From NCBI GenBank assembly GCA_002269645.1, contig NIVC01000149.1, positions 1 through 64,000 of the forward strand: a stretch of DNA of 64,000 nt, written 5' to 3'. The position numbers were made by a program, and so were the translations under genes. The notes beneath the pieces are model-generated. The model searched no databases, was not told the DNA's origin, and saw only the letters and a program-made list of their open reading frames with translations. The first letter of the stretch is position 1, and each line of letters opens with the position of its first letter. This document shows positions 32,870-49,300 of this stretch, piece by piece. Origin of the DNA: Macrostomum lignano (Eukaryota).

Positions 32870-33530
32870 AGGGGAGTAATATAGAGAGAGATGAGGAGAG
32901 ATGAGGAGAGATGAGGAGAGATGGGGAGATGGGAAGAGATGGGAAGAGATTGGCGAGAGATAAGGAGAGATGGGAAGAGATGAGGGGAAGTGAGGAGAGA
33001 TTGGGAGAGATTGGGGAAAGATGCGAGAGATGAGAAGAGATGGGGAGAGATGGGGAGAGATGGGAAGAAATGGGAAAAGATTGGCGAGAGATAAGGAGAG
33101 ATGGGAAGAGATGAGGGGAAGTGAGGAGAGATGAGAAGAGATGAGGAGAGATGGGAGAGATGGGAAGAAATGGGAAAAGATTGGCGAGAGATAAGGAGAG
33201 ATGGGAAGAGATGAGGGGAAGTGAGGAGAGATGGGGAGAGATTGGGGAGAAATGGGAGAGATGGGAAGAAATGGGAAAAGATTGGCGAGAGATAAGGAGA
33301 GATGGGAAGAGATGAGGGGAAGTGAGGAGAGATGGGGAGAGATTGGGGAGAAATGGGAGAGATGGGAAGAGATGGGAAGAGATTGGCGAAAGATAAAGAG
33401 AGATGGGGAGAGATGGGAACAGTTGGGGAGGGATAAGGAGAGATGAGAAGAGATTAGTAGAGATGAGGAGAGATTGGAAGAGATGGGGAGAGATGAGGAG
33501 AGATGGGAGAGATGAATAGGGGAGAGAGAA
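32870..33530. repeat. Purine-rich 10-bp-based array (GAGATGGGAA/GAGATGAGGA)
   Basis: Direct reading. Confidence 0.93.
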
Positions 33531-33959
33531 GGAATATAAAGAAAAAGACAGTGGCAGGAAATCGGAGACAGCAAAACCGCAGATAAAGCAGCAGATCTGT
33601 AAAAATGAATGGATTGAACAATTTTACCATTTAGTCACTATCCCAACAAGCAGAGCCCCAGCGCCAAGGCGACTCTAATGCAGAAATCGTGTTGGACTAT
33701 CGGCTTTCAGACGGCAGCCCATGCTGTCGTGCTCAGAGATAATTGAAACGTGTAGTCTGGGGTGGCGAAGGAGACTGCGCATAGTTTAGTTGGCACGGCA
33801 GATGAAGCCTGCAGCAATTCCAGCCGCAATTCCATCAGTTGGAGGTGGTTGACAAACTCAAAACTGCTGTGCGCCTCTTGACTTAATTTTTTTAATTCCA
33901 AAAACAACTGCTCTGTGAGGCTTGTCGAAGGCAAATAAACCACAAACCTGTACTATGTA

Positions 33960-34860
33960 CTCGTAACCCCCTCCTGTACCCTGTAACCCTCTCCTGTAAC
34001 CTGTGACCCCTCCTGTAACCTGTGACCCCCTCCTGTAACCTGTAAAACCCCTCCTGTAACCTGTATCCCCTCCTGTAACCTGTATCCCCTCCTGTAACCT
34101 GTATCCCCCTCTTGTAACCTGTAAACCCCTCCTGTAAAATTTAACCCCGTCCTGTAATCTGTAAAACCCCTCCTGTAACCTGTAACCCCCTCCTGTAACC
34201 TGTAACCCCCTCCTGTAACCTGTATCCCCTCCTGTAACCTGTATCCCCTCCTGTAACCTGTATCCCCTCCTGTAACCTGTATCCCCCTCTTGTAACCTGT
34301 AAACCCCTCCTGTAAAATTTAACCCCGTCCTGTAATCTGTAAAACCCCTCCTGTAACCTGTAACCCCCTCCTGTAACCTGTAACCCCCTCCTGTAACCTG
34401 TAACCCCTCCTGTAACCTGTAACCCCTCCTGTAACCTGTAACCCCCTCCTGTAACCTGTAACCCCTCCTGTAACCTGTAACCCCTCCTGTAACCTGTAAC
34501 CCCTCCTGTAACCTGTAACCCCTCCTGTAACCTGTAACCCCCTCCTGTAACCTGTAACCCCCTCCTGTAACCTGTAACCCCTCCTGTAACCTGTAACCCC
34601 TCCTGTAACCTGTAACCCCTCCTGTAACCTGTAACCCCTCCTGTAACCTGTAACCCCTCCTGTAAGCTGTAACCCCTCCTGTAACCTGTAACCCCTCCTG
34701 TAACCTGTAAACCCCCTACCGTGACCTGTAACAACCTGTAACTTGTGACCCCTCCTGCAACCTGTAAAACCCCTCCTGTAACCTGTAAAATCCCTCCTGT
34801 ACCCTGTAACCCCCTCCTGTAACCTGTAACTCCCTCATGTACATGTACCCTGTAACCCCC
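33960..34860. repeat. 19/20-bp minisatellite (~45 copies)
   Basis: Unit CCCCTCCTGTAACCTGTAA. Confidence 0.96.
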
Positions 34861-35513
34861 TCAGCACATTAGACCAACCCGGCGGAGCTTTTCAGCCGCT
34901 GCGCTTAGATCTGAGTTCACCTGCGCCTCTCATTAAAGCAATTACACAGTACGGTAATTAGGCCCCAGCTAGACAGTAATAGCTGGGACAGGCAGCTAAT
35001 ACATAAATTATTCAAATCAAACAGTCATAGCAACAGACTGTGCCGTGACGGAAGCCCAATTTCCTGACGTCTTCCCTTGGATTTCTGCTAAAAAAAGAAA
35101 ATACAAAGAAGCTCCTATCGACTCAAGAGTATCTGAGGGAGAAGAGGCCCAATCTCGATTCCCCCTCCCTAGCAGAGACCTCGGCACATCCCCCGGGGGA
35201 AGATGGGAAGAACTTATGTGAAGAATGAGGCTCACTCATCATTGATTCCTCAGCAGCCAATGCCTGTCTCAGACTGCATTGCTGCATAAATAAATTTATT
35301 CAAGTCCGGCCGCATCCCCTTGTCCGGATAAGTCGGCCGGCAGCGGTTTAAATGATAAGCAACTTTATGAATCGGAGACACTGCGGAGACCCGCGTGCTT
35401 CTGTTTTGACGCGCATGAACTGCTCTGCCGTTCATCACCACCACCGAGCCCCATGGACTTCTAGACTGCGTCATCTGGAATGGAGACTTTGCTGCTCATT
35501 TTGCTCATTAAAT

Positions 35514-37958
<2,445 letters not shown>

Positions 37959-39194
37959 CAACAGGAATTCGAACCTTCCAACCGACGGTCCCTGCCCGCC
38001 ATGGACAGTCGCATACAAGAAACTTTACCGCGCAAACTTTAAAAGCACCGGGCGGGCTTCTTTCCAGCATTCATGCCGCGTTGTTGATCATAAATATTCC
38101 CCGCCAGCCCCAAAGCGTTTTCCTACATCTGCGCCGCCAGGCGAATGCAAAATGCACAAAAATGCGGGAAGCGAACCGCATGCGCGGAGAGGACAGCGTT
38201 ATTGATGGGGCCGCGGGGCTTTGTGACCCCGGTGCGAGTCGCGCCGCAGAAAATGGCAAAGCCGAGTTTTGAACGTTTTTCTGGAAGCCTGCTGGAATGC
38301 ATAGAAAAGAGGGAATAGGGAGAGTAGGATAGGGAAGTGGAGAGATGGGAAGAAATTGGAGAGAACAGAGAGAAGAGGAGAAGGGAAGAGTGGAAGAGTG
38401 GAGCGGAACGGAAGGAGACAAGTAGAGGAAGCTAGAGAGATTGGAGGGGAGATGGGAGGGAAGAGAGGGAAGAGAATGGAGGGAAGGGAAGGGAGGGAAG
38501 ATAAAAGGGTGAAAAGCAGTCCCATGATGATGTTTTGCATTGGTTTGTTTGTTGGTTACTTTTTGAGCAAACCTATTGCAGAATTGATGAAAAACGGACC
38601 GTAAAACTCTGATTGGGATTAATTAATGTTTCCCCGGCATGCCTTCAAATCCACAGAGAGACTTCGATGGATGAGTGGTTAAAAGTGATTTAAAAAGCAC
38701 TTAGCAAAAGTGGTTCCGACAAAATGAGTCGAATTTTAACCACCCCGTCCTGACATGACGGGCCTCGAAAATGCTTAATTTAATGAAAACTTTTCAGTGA
38801 ACACAAATACACTGAAGGGAGCGCGGCTAAACTGTGTCTGCCTCCCTGTCTCTCTCCTCCCCCCATAATCCCCATCCATCCTTTCCGTCGCGCACCGCTG
38901 TAGACCAGCGCCCGCCCCTCTGTGGGTGGGGATGGGCCGGTCGCTAAGTCGAATAAACACAGGTAAACACAGGGTGATACAGGCGGGGCCACTGGTTTCA
39001 TTCTGTTCGGGGGCCCGGGGCTAATCGAATAGAAAGGCGGCGAAGTGGCTGGCAAAACTGATGAACAGAATAGTTGCTAAATAAAGTCGGATGGGCGTTC
39101 GAAAGAAGGACGTTGGAAGCAGCAGATTTCAATGAAGAGTGCCAGGCGTTTGCAAACGGATGCTCTTGCTGCTTTTGGGAAAAAGAGGGCGAAT

Positions 39195-39915
39195 GGAGAG
39201 GGAGGGAAAGGAGAAAGAGGGAAAGGAGAGAGAGGGAAAAGAGAGAGAGGGAAAGGAGAGAGAGGGAAAAGAGAGAGAGGAAAAAGAGAGAGAGAGGGGG
39301 AAAGGAGAGAGAGGGAAAAGAGAGAGAGAGGGAAAAGAGAGAGAGAGGGGGAAAGGAGAGAGAGGGAAAGAGAGAGAGGGAAAGAGAGAGAGGGAAAAGA
39401 GAGAGAGGGAAAAGAGAGAGAGAAGAGAGAGAGAGGGAAAGGGGAGAGAGGGAAAAGAGAGAGAGGGGGAAAGGAGAGAGAGGGAAAAGAGAGAGAGAGG
39501 GGGGAAGGAGAGAGAGGGAAAAGAGAGAGAGAGAGGGAAAGGAGAGAGAGGGAAAAGAGAGAGGGAAAAGAGAGAGAGAGGGAAAGGGGAGAGAGGGAAA
39601 AGAGAGAGAGAGAGGGAAAGGAGAGAGAGGGAAAAGAGAGAGAGGGGGAAAGGAGAGAGAGGGAAAAGAGAGAGGGAAAGGAGAGAGAGGGAAAGAGAGA
39701 GAGGGAAAAGAGAGAGAGGGAAAAGAGAGAGAGAAGAGAGAGAGAGGGAAAGGGGAGAGAGGGAAAAGAGAGAGAGGGGGAAAGGAGAGAGAGGGAAAAG
39801 AGAGAGAGAGGGGGGAAGGAGAGAGAGGGAAAAGAGAGAGAGAGAGGGAAAGGAGAGAGAGGGAAAAGAGAGAGGGAAAAGAGAGAGAGAGGGAAAAGAG
39901 AGAGACAGGGAAAGG
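39195..39915. repeat. GA-only array (GAGAGAGGGAAAA variants)
   Basis: Direct reading. Confidence 0.96.
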
Positions 39916-40386
39916 ACAGAGGGGGGAAGAAGATTCCAGCAAAAAGCAGAGCAGCCAAATGCAATTGGAAAAGGCCCGCCTGTGAGTGGCAGTCGCCTCT
40001 TCAACTTTCATCTTCAGTTAGAAACTTTTTTCGGATAGGTTTTTGTGCAAGCAAGGGAAGACGGGGATAAAAGATGGGCAGCCTTAGTGGAGACGAGATA
40101 CTCAAGGGGAAGAGGGAATCATTGATTCTCAGCGGCTGTACTGGGATTGAGGTTGAAATCGGAGATTTGAGCACAGGAGTCAAGAGCGCCGCGCCCCGAC
40201 CGGAAGCAATAACGAGCGAAAAAGCGGGTGGGAAAACGGGAAAAATCACGCAGCTATACAAAATTAAAAGTGAAAAATTGAAGCTCAACACAAAAAGTGA
40301 AAGAGGCGGAAGCTGTCCAAGTGAAGCTCACGATGGAAGGCGTCGAAAGGTGCGCTGTTTGGGTGCCCGAAAACTGAGTCCCTGGC

Positions 40387-40798
<412 letters not shown>

Positions 40799-41639
40799 TG
40801 CAGTCGATGCTGGACCTCAAATCAACTTTTCTGCCCGCCTTTTCTACTTTCAGCAACCATCGATTTTCTAATAATCTGTAGACCGAGAGTAAAGGACTTT
40901 GGTCAATTGAATGTTTTAAATTACATCTAACTAAAGTTCTCCACTGTCAGCCAAAGTCCGGGGTTCGATTCCACGGCGCAGCTACATTAACTTCGATCTT
41001 GGTTATTAATTCGCTGAATTTTTTGCTCGATTTTCACTCTCAACGAACGAGGTTGAAACACACTGCAGACCGAATGTCTATGGCCAAAAGCTCATTGACT
41101 CAGTGTGAAACCAGCTGGCGGGCACGAAACGGGTTACACGAATTTCTCAAACAGTTGATCCCAAAACCGCTTATTCATAATTTTAGTCTTTTACTTCTTT
41201 CTAAATCCAAAATATTTTATCTACTGGCTGGCAGAAAAAATGAAGGTCACTTCTCCCTATCTGTGAATTTCTCTCTGGCTTCCTCTGTGCTTCCTGGTCC
41301 CAGTCCGTTTGAGCACTGTTAGTGCCCTATCCTTGGGTCGAAGTGTTGATAAGAAGCGCCAGGAGGGGACCAAACTTCCCGCAGCGGTGCGGCTATCCTG
41401 AGTCAGTCAGATCAAACCGAACTGTCTCTCTGTCTGTGGGCGGGGAGATCAAGGAGAAATTATGGAGTGAAGAGAATTGCAACAGAAAGTCAAGAGAAGA
41501 CAGTGAGAGGCTGCATGGTTGGAGATACACTGTAGAGGCACAGGGGGCTGGGAAAATTCTGCAGCTCTGTGCGAGATTGGCAAGTGATGGAGAAATACCG
41601 AAAGTTGTTAGAGAAACTGAAAGTGGGGATAAAAATAAA

Positions 41640-42030
41640 GTAGGAGAGGAGAGAGGCGAGAGAAGACAAGGGTTGAGGAGAGGGGAGAGGGGAGGAGAGA
41701 AGGGAGAGAAGAGAGTGGGAGAGGAGAGAGTAGGAGAGGAGAGAGTGAGAAGAGATTGGAATAGGAGAGTGGGAAAGGAGAGAGTGGGAGAGGAGAGAGT
41801 AGCCGAGGAGAGTGGGAGAAGAGATTGGAATAGGAGAGTGGGAAAGGAGAGAGTGGGAGAGGAGAGAGTAGGAGAGGAGAGAGTGAGAAGAGATTGGAAT
41901 AGGAGAGTGGGAAAGGAGAGAGTGGGAGAGGAGAGAGTAGCCGAGGAGAGTGGGAGAAGAGATTGGAACAGGAGAGTGGGAGAGGAGAGAGTGGGAGAAG
42001 AGATTGGAACAGGAGAGTGGGAGAGGAGAG
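41640..42030. repeat. Purine-rich composite array (GGAGAGGAGAGAGT / AGAAGAGATTGGAATAGGAGAGT)
   Basis: Direct reading. Confidence 0.9.
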
Positions 42031-42689
42031 GTCAGAGAGAAGCGAATCTCCATGAGGATGTCACACAAATACTCGTAATGAAGCAACTTCAGACTGCACC
42101 TGCAGCTGCAAGAGGCTAGAGGGGGGGGCACGAAAAAGCATCTTTGAAAGCTGTACGAGCTGCCTTCAATTAGACGCGAGGCGGCACAGGCCCTTTGAGA
42201 AGCTCTGATTGAGCAACGATCGGCGCTTAATCTCGTTTTTAAGTCTCAGAACAACTTTCTATCAAAAGGAGATTAGCTCCGCTCGTATCTATGGAGTGAA
42301 GTGCAGTGTGAAAGATTTCGCCTGAGTAGGGTAGCACATATAAACTTTTCTGTTGCAGCTGCTTCTTCTAGTGCTTCTTCGCTTGCCTGGAAAGCATTTC
42401 AGCGGAAAATGCGGCTGGGCCTTCTTTAAAATTGGCCACTTAGAAGCTTCATACTCGTAGATGCACGAGTATGTATGGATTTATATATATGACTAAAAGC
42501 AGAGTTGCACCTGCTCATGCGCAAGTTATTCCGAATGTGTGCCTGACCGAGTCTGAAGAAATGACTTGCAGAAGCACGCGCGATACCGACTGATCCAAGA
42601 ATTAGTGCGTGCTTTTTTGGGCTTAGACAGTCAAGTAATTGTCTGCGTCTCGGTGCCTCATGTACTTGTAGGTGTCTCCGCAGATATAC

Positions 42690-43195
42690 ATCAAGATGTC
42701 ACAGTCCCCATCAAGGTGTCAGAGTACCCATCAAAGTGTCTCAGTACCGGCCCATTCAGATGTCACAGTACCCATTAAATTGTCTCAGTACCCATCCAGG
42801 TGTCACAGTGACCATAAAATCATGAAGGTGTCTGAGTACCCATTCAGGTGTCTCAGTACCCATCCAGGTGTCACAGTACCCATCAGATTGTCTCAGTACC
42901 CATTAAGGTGTCACAGTACCCATCCAGGTGTCACAGTATCCATAAAATCATGAAGGTGTCTCAGTATCCATAAAATCATGAAGGTGTCTCAGTATCCATC
43001 CAGGTGTCACAGTATCCATAAAATCATGAAGGTGTCTCAGTATCCATCCAGGTGTCACAGTATCCATAAAATCATGAAGGTGTCTCAGTATCCATCCAGG
43101 TGTCACATTACCCATCAAGGTGTCACAGTACCATCAAGGTGTCTTCAGTCTCCATCAAACCATGAGGGTGTCTTGGAACCCATCAAGGTGTCTCG
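42690..43195. repeat. 20-bp-based degenerate minisatellite
   Basis: Unit GGTGTC(A/T)CAGTACCCATCCA, with a longer CATAAAATCATGAA variant. Confidence 0.9.
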
Positions 43196-43829
43196 GTAGC
43201 CATCCTCCCAGGGCTGAAGTATCCCCGAATCCTGCGAGTAGCCATTGCAACAGCGAATTTCGTAATAATAAAATGTAACCAACACATGTGCATCTGACTA
43301 GCATGTCGATTTCCCAGCGGTGTTGGCTAGTTAGCAACGGCCGAGGAAGTGTCTCTAGACGAGTGCGAGTGGGAAATCCAGAGGCAGGCCCACCCGCCGC
43401 TGGAATATGCCGCGTCCTATTATTATTTCGCTTCATTATTTTTCCATCTAAGCCAGCTGATGAGATCTCCCGGCCAGCTCGAAGGGAGGGCAACAGATAA
43501 TGAGGCTACTGAGGCTGAAGCCGATGACTGCTTTTCGTCCGGTAGTGTGCGGCATCAAAAATTCAGCGCATCAATAATATACTCACTTTGAAGCTGTTTT
43601 TTTACCTTCACCTTTCTATCACGAGATGGCAGTAGAACCCCCCCCGGCTTCATTGATCTTCGACGTCAGACTGGGACAGCCTGTCAGGCTGCCACGGAGA
43701 GCAACCGGCCAGCCCAGCACGCCGCTAATTGCATTATTTTTGTGGACTCGCTGACGAAAAGAACAAACTGGCTTTGAGTTCGAATAAGAATAGGACTCAG
43801 CGTGTAGCATGACTTGCATATCGGATTAG

Positions 43830-44755
43830 CAGATCTGGTCCTGCCTGACTAGATCTGGTCCTGTCTGACTAGATCTGGTCCTGCCTGACTAGATCTGGTC
43901 TTGTCTGACTAGATCTGGTCCTGTCTGACTACATCTGGTCCTGCCTGACTAGATCTGGTCCTGCCTGACTAGATCTGGTCCTGCCTGACTAGATCTGGTC
44001 CTGTCTGACTAGATCTGGTCCTGTCTGATTAGATCTGGTCCTGCCTGACTAGATCTGGTCCTGTCTGACTAGATCTGGTCCTGTCTGATTAGATCTGGTC
44101 CTGCCTGACTAGATCTGGTCCTGTCTGACTAGATCTGGTCCTGCCTAACTAGATCTGGTCCTGCCTGACTAGATCTGGTCCTGTCTGACTAGATCTGGTC
44201 CTGTCTGATTAGATCTGGTCCTGCCTGACTAGATCTGGTCCTGTCTGACTAGATCTGGTCCTGTCTGGCTAGATCTGGTCCTGCCTGACTAGATCTGGTC
44301 CTGCCTGACTAGATCTGGTCCTGTCTGACTAGATCTGGTCCTGTCTGATTAGATCTGGTCCTGCCTGACTAGATCTGGTCCTGTCTGATTAGATCTGGTC
44401 CTGCCTGACTAGATCTGGTCCTGCCTGACTAGATCTGATCCTGCCTGACTAGATCTGGTCCTGTCTGGCTAGATCTGGTCCTGCCTGACTAGATCTGGTC
44501 CTGCCTGACTAGATCTGGTCCTGTCTGGCTAGATCTGGTCCTGTCTGGCTAGATCTGGTCCTGCCTGACTAGATCTGGTCCTGTCTGACTAGATCTGGTC
44601 CTGTCTGGCTAGATCTGGTCCTGCCTGACTAGATCTGGTCCTGTCTGACTAGATCTGGTCCTGCCTGACTAGATCTGGTCCTGCCTGACTAGATCTGGTC
44701 CTGCCTGACTAGATCTGAGTCCTGTCGGACTAGATCAGACTCCCCTGACTAGATC
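43830..44755. repeat. 20-bp minisatellite (~46 copies)
   Basis: Unit AGATCTGGTCCTG(C/T)CTGACT. Confidence 0.98.
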
Positions 44756-45524
44756 GGTCACAAAGCACACCACAAGGCAAGTCAAAAACGAGAAATTCAG
44801 TTAAGCTTCAAAAGCGATCAAAAGCGAAAAAACATAAGTCGATTGGATTTAATTAATCAATCAATCACCGCTGATAAGGAGACTGTTTCATCGATAACAG
44901 AATCAGGCCATTTATGCCGAACGTTGAATGGGTCGATTTGGGGGCATGCAGAAAGTTTTAGCCAAAGTGAACAGGAAAATCAGTGATGAAACAAGTTGCT
45001 TTCAGATCAGCATAGGTAATTTTATCACACACTCAGATCACTGACACATACTTAGAACACATTGATTACTAGCAACCAATAGGAAACCCGAGCTGTCATG
45101 CAAAAACGAGTAGCGCACTAATTGCTACGGGAAGTTAAGAAGCCAAATGAAATATTCGCTCTAAATACACTTTACTGTCTACTTACAGCAGTCGAATTTG
45201 GGCACGAAGCGAAATTTATAATATTTTCATTTCAACAATACGAAATAGAAATGGAAAAGTTCTATATAAAATAGGACAATCTGACGCAATTATAACATTA
45301 ATATTTACACGATATGAAATACTGCAGATGTAGCAATTAGACGTCATATTTAATGCTATTTGTCAACATGCATTCGAGGTTTCAAAGGGGGTTTCACAAT
45401 GCTATACGATAACCGCGCACAGCTTTCGTGTGGAGATACTGGCTTGATTGATGACTTGACAGCTGCGATTCGCGTGTGATCGGGCGGTTGAGGTTATTTA
45501 TGAACAGAGCTAATTCTCAGGTGG

Positions 45525-46132
45525 AGGCAGAAAGTGAGGTGGGTGAGGGAGTAAGGTGAGTGAGGGAGTGGGATGGGAAGGGAGTGGGTGGGTGAGGGAA
45601 TGAGGTGAGTGAGGGAGTGAGGTGGGTGAGGGAGTGAGGTGGGTGAGGGAGTGAGGTGGGTGAGGGAGTGAGGTGGGTGAGGGATTGTGGGTTAGGGAGT
45701 GAGGTGGGAGGTGGGAGGGAGTGAGGTGGGAGGGAGTGAGGTTGGAGGGAGTGAGGTGGGCGAAGGAGTCAGGTGGGGAGAGAGAGTGAGGTGGGTGGGG
45801 AGTGGGGTGAGTGAGGGAGTGAGGTGGGTGAGAGTGGGGTGGGAAGGGAGTGAGGTGGGTGAGGGAGTGAGGTGAGTGAGTGAGGTGGGTGAGGGAGTGA
45901 GGTGGGTGAGGGAGTGAGGTGGGTGAGGGAGTAAGGTGGGTGAGGGATTGTGGGTTAGGGAGTGAGGTGGGAGGTGGGAGGGAGTGAGGTAGGAGGGAGT
46001 GAGGTGGGAGGGAGTGAGGTGGGAGGAAGTGAGGTGGGAGGGAGTGAGGTGGGAGGGAGTGAGGTGGGAGTGAGGTGGGAGGGAGTGAGGTGGGTGAGGG
46101 TGAGTGAGGTGGGTGAGGGTGAGTGAGTGAAC
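45525..46132. repeat. G-rich array downstream of MFSD1
   Basis: Core GAGGGAGTGAGGTGGG(T/A). Confidence 0.95.
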
Positions 46133-46271
46133 AACACATTAGCTGCGAATGCGGCAACCAATTTCAAAGGAAAAATTAATAAATGTACAGATCGCAAGGA
46201 CAAACAGTAATACTGTTGATAATTTAGCACAACGCTGACGAATTGGCACGGTTGCCCGTATCCCTGTAGAT

Positions 46272-46277
46272 TTTATT
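46272..46277 (-). terminator. Putative polyadenylation signal (AATAAA) of MFSD1-like gene
   Basis: TTTATT on the + strand, ~57 nt downstream of the stop codon. Confidence 0.5.
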
Positions 46278-46333
46278 AATCTTTTTCATCGATGTTAAGC
46301 CGATGTCGCCGGTGCCAGAGATTGCATTGAGTT

Positions 46334-49300
46334 TCAGTTGATGGCGTGCTTCCTACCGCCTGTGATGCCGCCGCCGCTGCTGCTGCCCCCGCTTGACAGC
46401 AGGGGGGATCGCTCATCGGCCTCGCTTCTAGGAGCAAAATCTACGCCATAGCCAGCAGCTGAGCTGGCATCAGCACTGCCAGACTCGATAGAGGCGTGCG
46501 CGATGCCGTCTTCGACCAGTTGATCCATGCGCTCCAGGCTAAGCTTCTCTTTGCGGCTCTGGTTCAGCTTGCGGCCCTGCCGGGGGCGATTGGGGCGAAT
46601 TAATTAATAGTGTGAGGACGGGTGCATTTCCTCACCCCCTCTACTTCACACCCTCACCCACCTCACTCCCTCGTCCGCCTCACTCCCTCACTCACCCACC
46701 CCACTCCATCATCCACCTTCCTCCCTCACCCACCTCCCTCTCTCACCCACCCCACTCCATCATCCACCTCCCTCCCTCACCCACCTTCTTCCCTCACCCA
46801 CCTCCCTCTCTCACCCACCTTCCTCCATCATCCACCTCCCTCCCTCACCCACCTTCCTCCCTCACCCACCTCCCTCCCTCACCCACCTTCCTCCATCATC
46901 CACCTCCCTCCCTCACCCACCTTCCTCCCTCACCCACCTCCCTCCCTCACTTAACTCACTCCCCACCCAACTCACTCCCCACCCAACTCACTCCCCACCC
47001 AACTCACTCCCCACCCAACTCACTCCCCACCCAACTCACTCCCCACCCAACTTGTTCTCTCACCTACCTCACTCCCCTTATTTAAAGGTGTAACAAAAAT
47101 TTACTGTAATATCAATAAAGACAAAAAACGCTAATCTTGATACTGATGAGAGTAGATGAGCGCGTTTTTTGCGAGTGACATGCCTTGCTATTCTTGTACC
47201 TGCGGTTAGCATTCATCCATGTGGCTTTTTAGCAATTCTATTTGCTTACCCGTTTGAGATCGACAGCGTTGAGCAGCAGGGTGACCACAACGGCGGCGAT
47301 TACGTTGCCCAGCAGGTACAGCATCACCAGCTTCCAGCGGTCCAGCATCACAGAGCGGGTACTGTTTAAAATTGAAGCGAGGCACAAGGCAGCTGTGAGG
47401 ATAAGAGCAACTTCCCCGACCCTATGAACTAGGTTTTCCTAGAATTTCAGGTCTCAACATTCACTTTCTCGTAAAGGTCACGCTATCTAAAAACTGAACA
47501 ACTGAAGGTCACGCTACCTACAAACTGAACACCTGAAGGTCACGCTACCTACAAACTGAACACCTGAAGGTCACGCTACCTACAAACTGAACACCTGAAG
47601 GTCACGCTACCTACAAACTGAACACCTGAAGATTAAAAATGCAGATTAATGAATATTTCACTGTACCTGTCAGTCTGGCCAAGAATCCGGCCAACAACAA
47701 CATTGGAGACGCCGATGCCAATCATCTGTACGCTGGTGGAGAAGCCCAGAGCGGTGCCAAGAGTGGCTCGTGGCACCACAAGCGGCAGCGATGGCCACAT
47801 GCTGGCCTGCAATTGCGAGCACTTACTCAAGTCCAATCCTATTCGATATAAGAGTAAAGACACAAAATATTTTAGAAGACAAACGCTCTCCTCACCGCGG
47901 CAAACGAATAGGTAACACCCAGCCAGAGCGTGGAGACCAGCGGATACACGGTGGTGAATGCCAGCAGCCCGAATACGGGAATTGTTAGCAGCGCGCACAG
48001 CAGGGCCAGGTAGCCTCGCTTGCCGATTATGTCCTGCCGATTGCGTGTCAATGTGATGAGTTGCAGTATGAGATGAGTTGCAGTATGAGATGAGTTGCAG
48101 TGTGAGATGAGTTGCAATATGAGATGAGTTGCAATATGAGATGAGTTGCAGTATGAGATGAGTTGCAGTGTGAGATGAGTTGCAATATGAGATGAGTTGC
48201 AGTATGAGATGAGTTGCAGTATGAGATGAATTGCAATGTGAGATGAGTTGCAATGTGAGATGAGTTGCAATATGAGATGAGTTGCAGTATGAGATGAGTT
48301 GCAATATGAGTTGCAATATGTGATGAGTTGCAATATGAGATGAGTTGCAATATGAGATGAGTTGCAATATGAGTTGCAATATGAGATGAGTTGCAATATG
48401 AGTTGCAATATGAGATGAGTTGCAATATGAGTTGCAATATGAGATGAGTTGCAATATGAGTTGCAATATGTGATGAGTTGCAATATGAGATGAGTTGCAA
48501 TATGAGATGAGTTGCAATATGAGTTGCAATATGAGATGAGTTGCAGTATGAGATGAGTTGCAATATGAGATGAGTTGCAATATGAGTTGCAATATGAGAT
48601 GAGTTGCAATATGAGATGAGTTGCAGTATGAGATGAGTTGCAGTATGAGATGAGTTGCAATATGATATGAGTTGCAATATGAGATGAGTTGCAGTATGAG
48701 ATGAGTTGCAATATGAGATGAGTTGCAATATGAGATGAGTTGCAGTATGAGATGAGTTGCAATATGAGATGAGTTGCAGTATGAGATGAGTTGCAATATG
48801 AGATGAGTTGCAATATGAGTTGCAATATGAGATGAATTGCAATGTGAGATGAGTTGCAATATGAGATGAGTTGCAATATGAGATGAGTTGCAATATAAGA
48901 TGAGTTGCAGTATGAGATGAGTTGCAATATGAGATGAATTGCAATGTGAGATGAGTTGCAATGTGAGATGAGTTGCAATATGAGATGAGTTGCAATATGA
49001 GATGAGTTGCAGTATGAGATGAGTTGCAATGTGAGATGAGTTGCAATATGAGATGAGTTGCAATATGAGATGAGTTGCAGTATGAGATGAGTTGCAATAT
49101 GAGATGAGTTGCAATATGAGATGAGTTGCAGTATGAGATGAGTTGCAGTATGAGATGAGTTGCAATATGAGTTGCAATATGAGATGAGATGCAATACGCT
49201 GGACAGCAGCAGCAAAGCAGAGCCCCATTTCCTAGCCCAGCTCACAATGAGGCCGCCCAGGAAGGGACTCAGCAGCATGGACACATCGTACACGGCGCCA

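Noticed and set aside
47633-49228. ORFs reading through the MFSD1 intron-2 array (749 aa and 531 aa)
   Set aside because: Canonical GT-AG sites at 49245 and 48034 remove the array and restore a continuous MFS fold.
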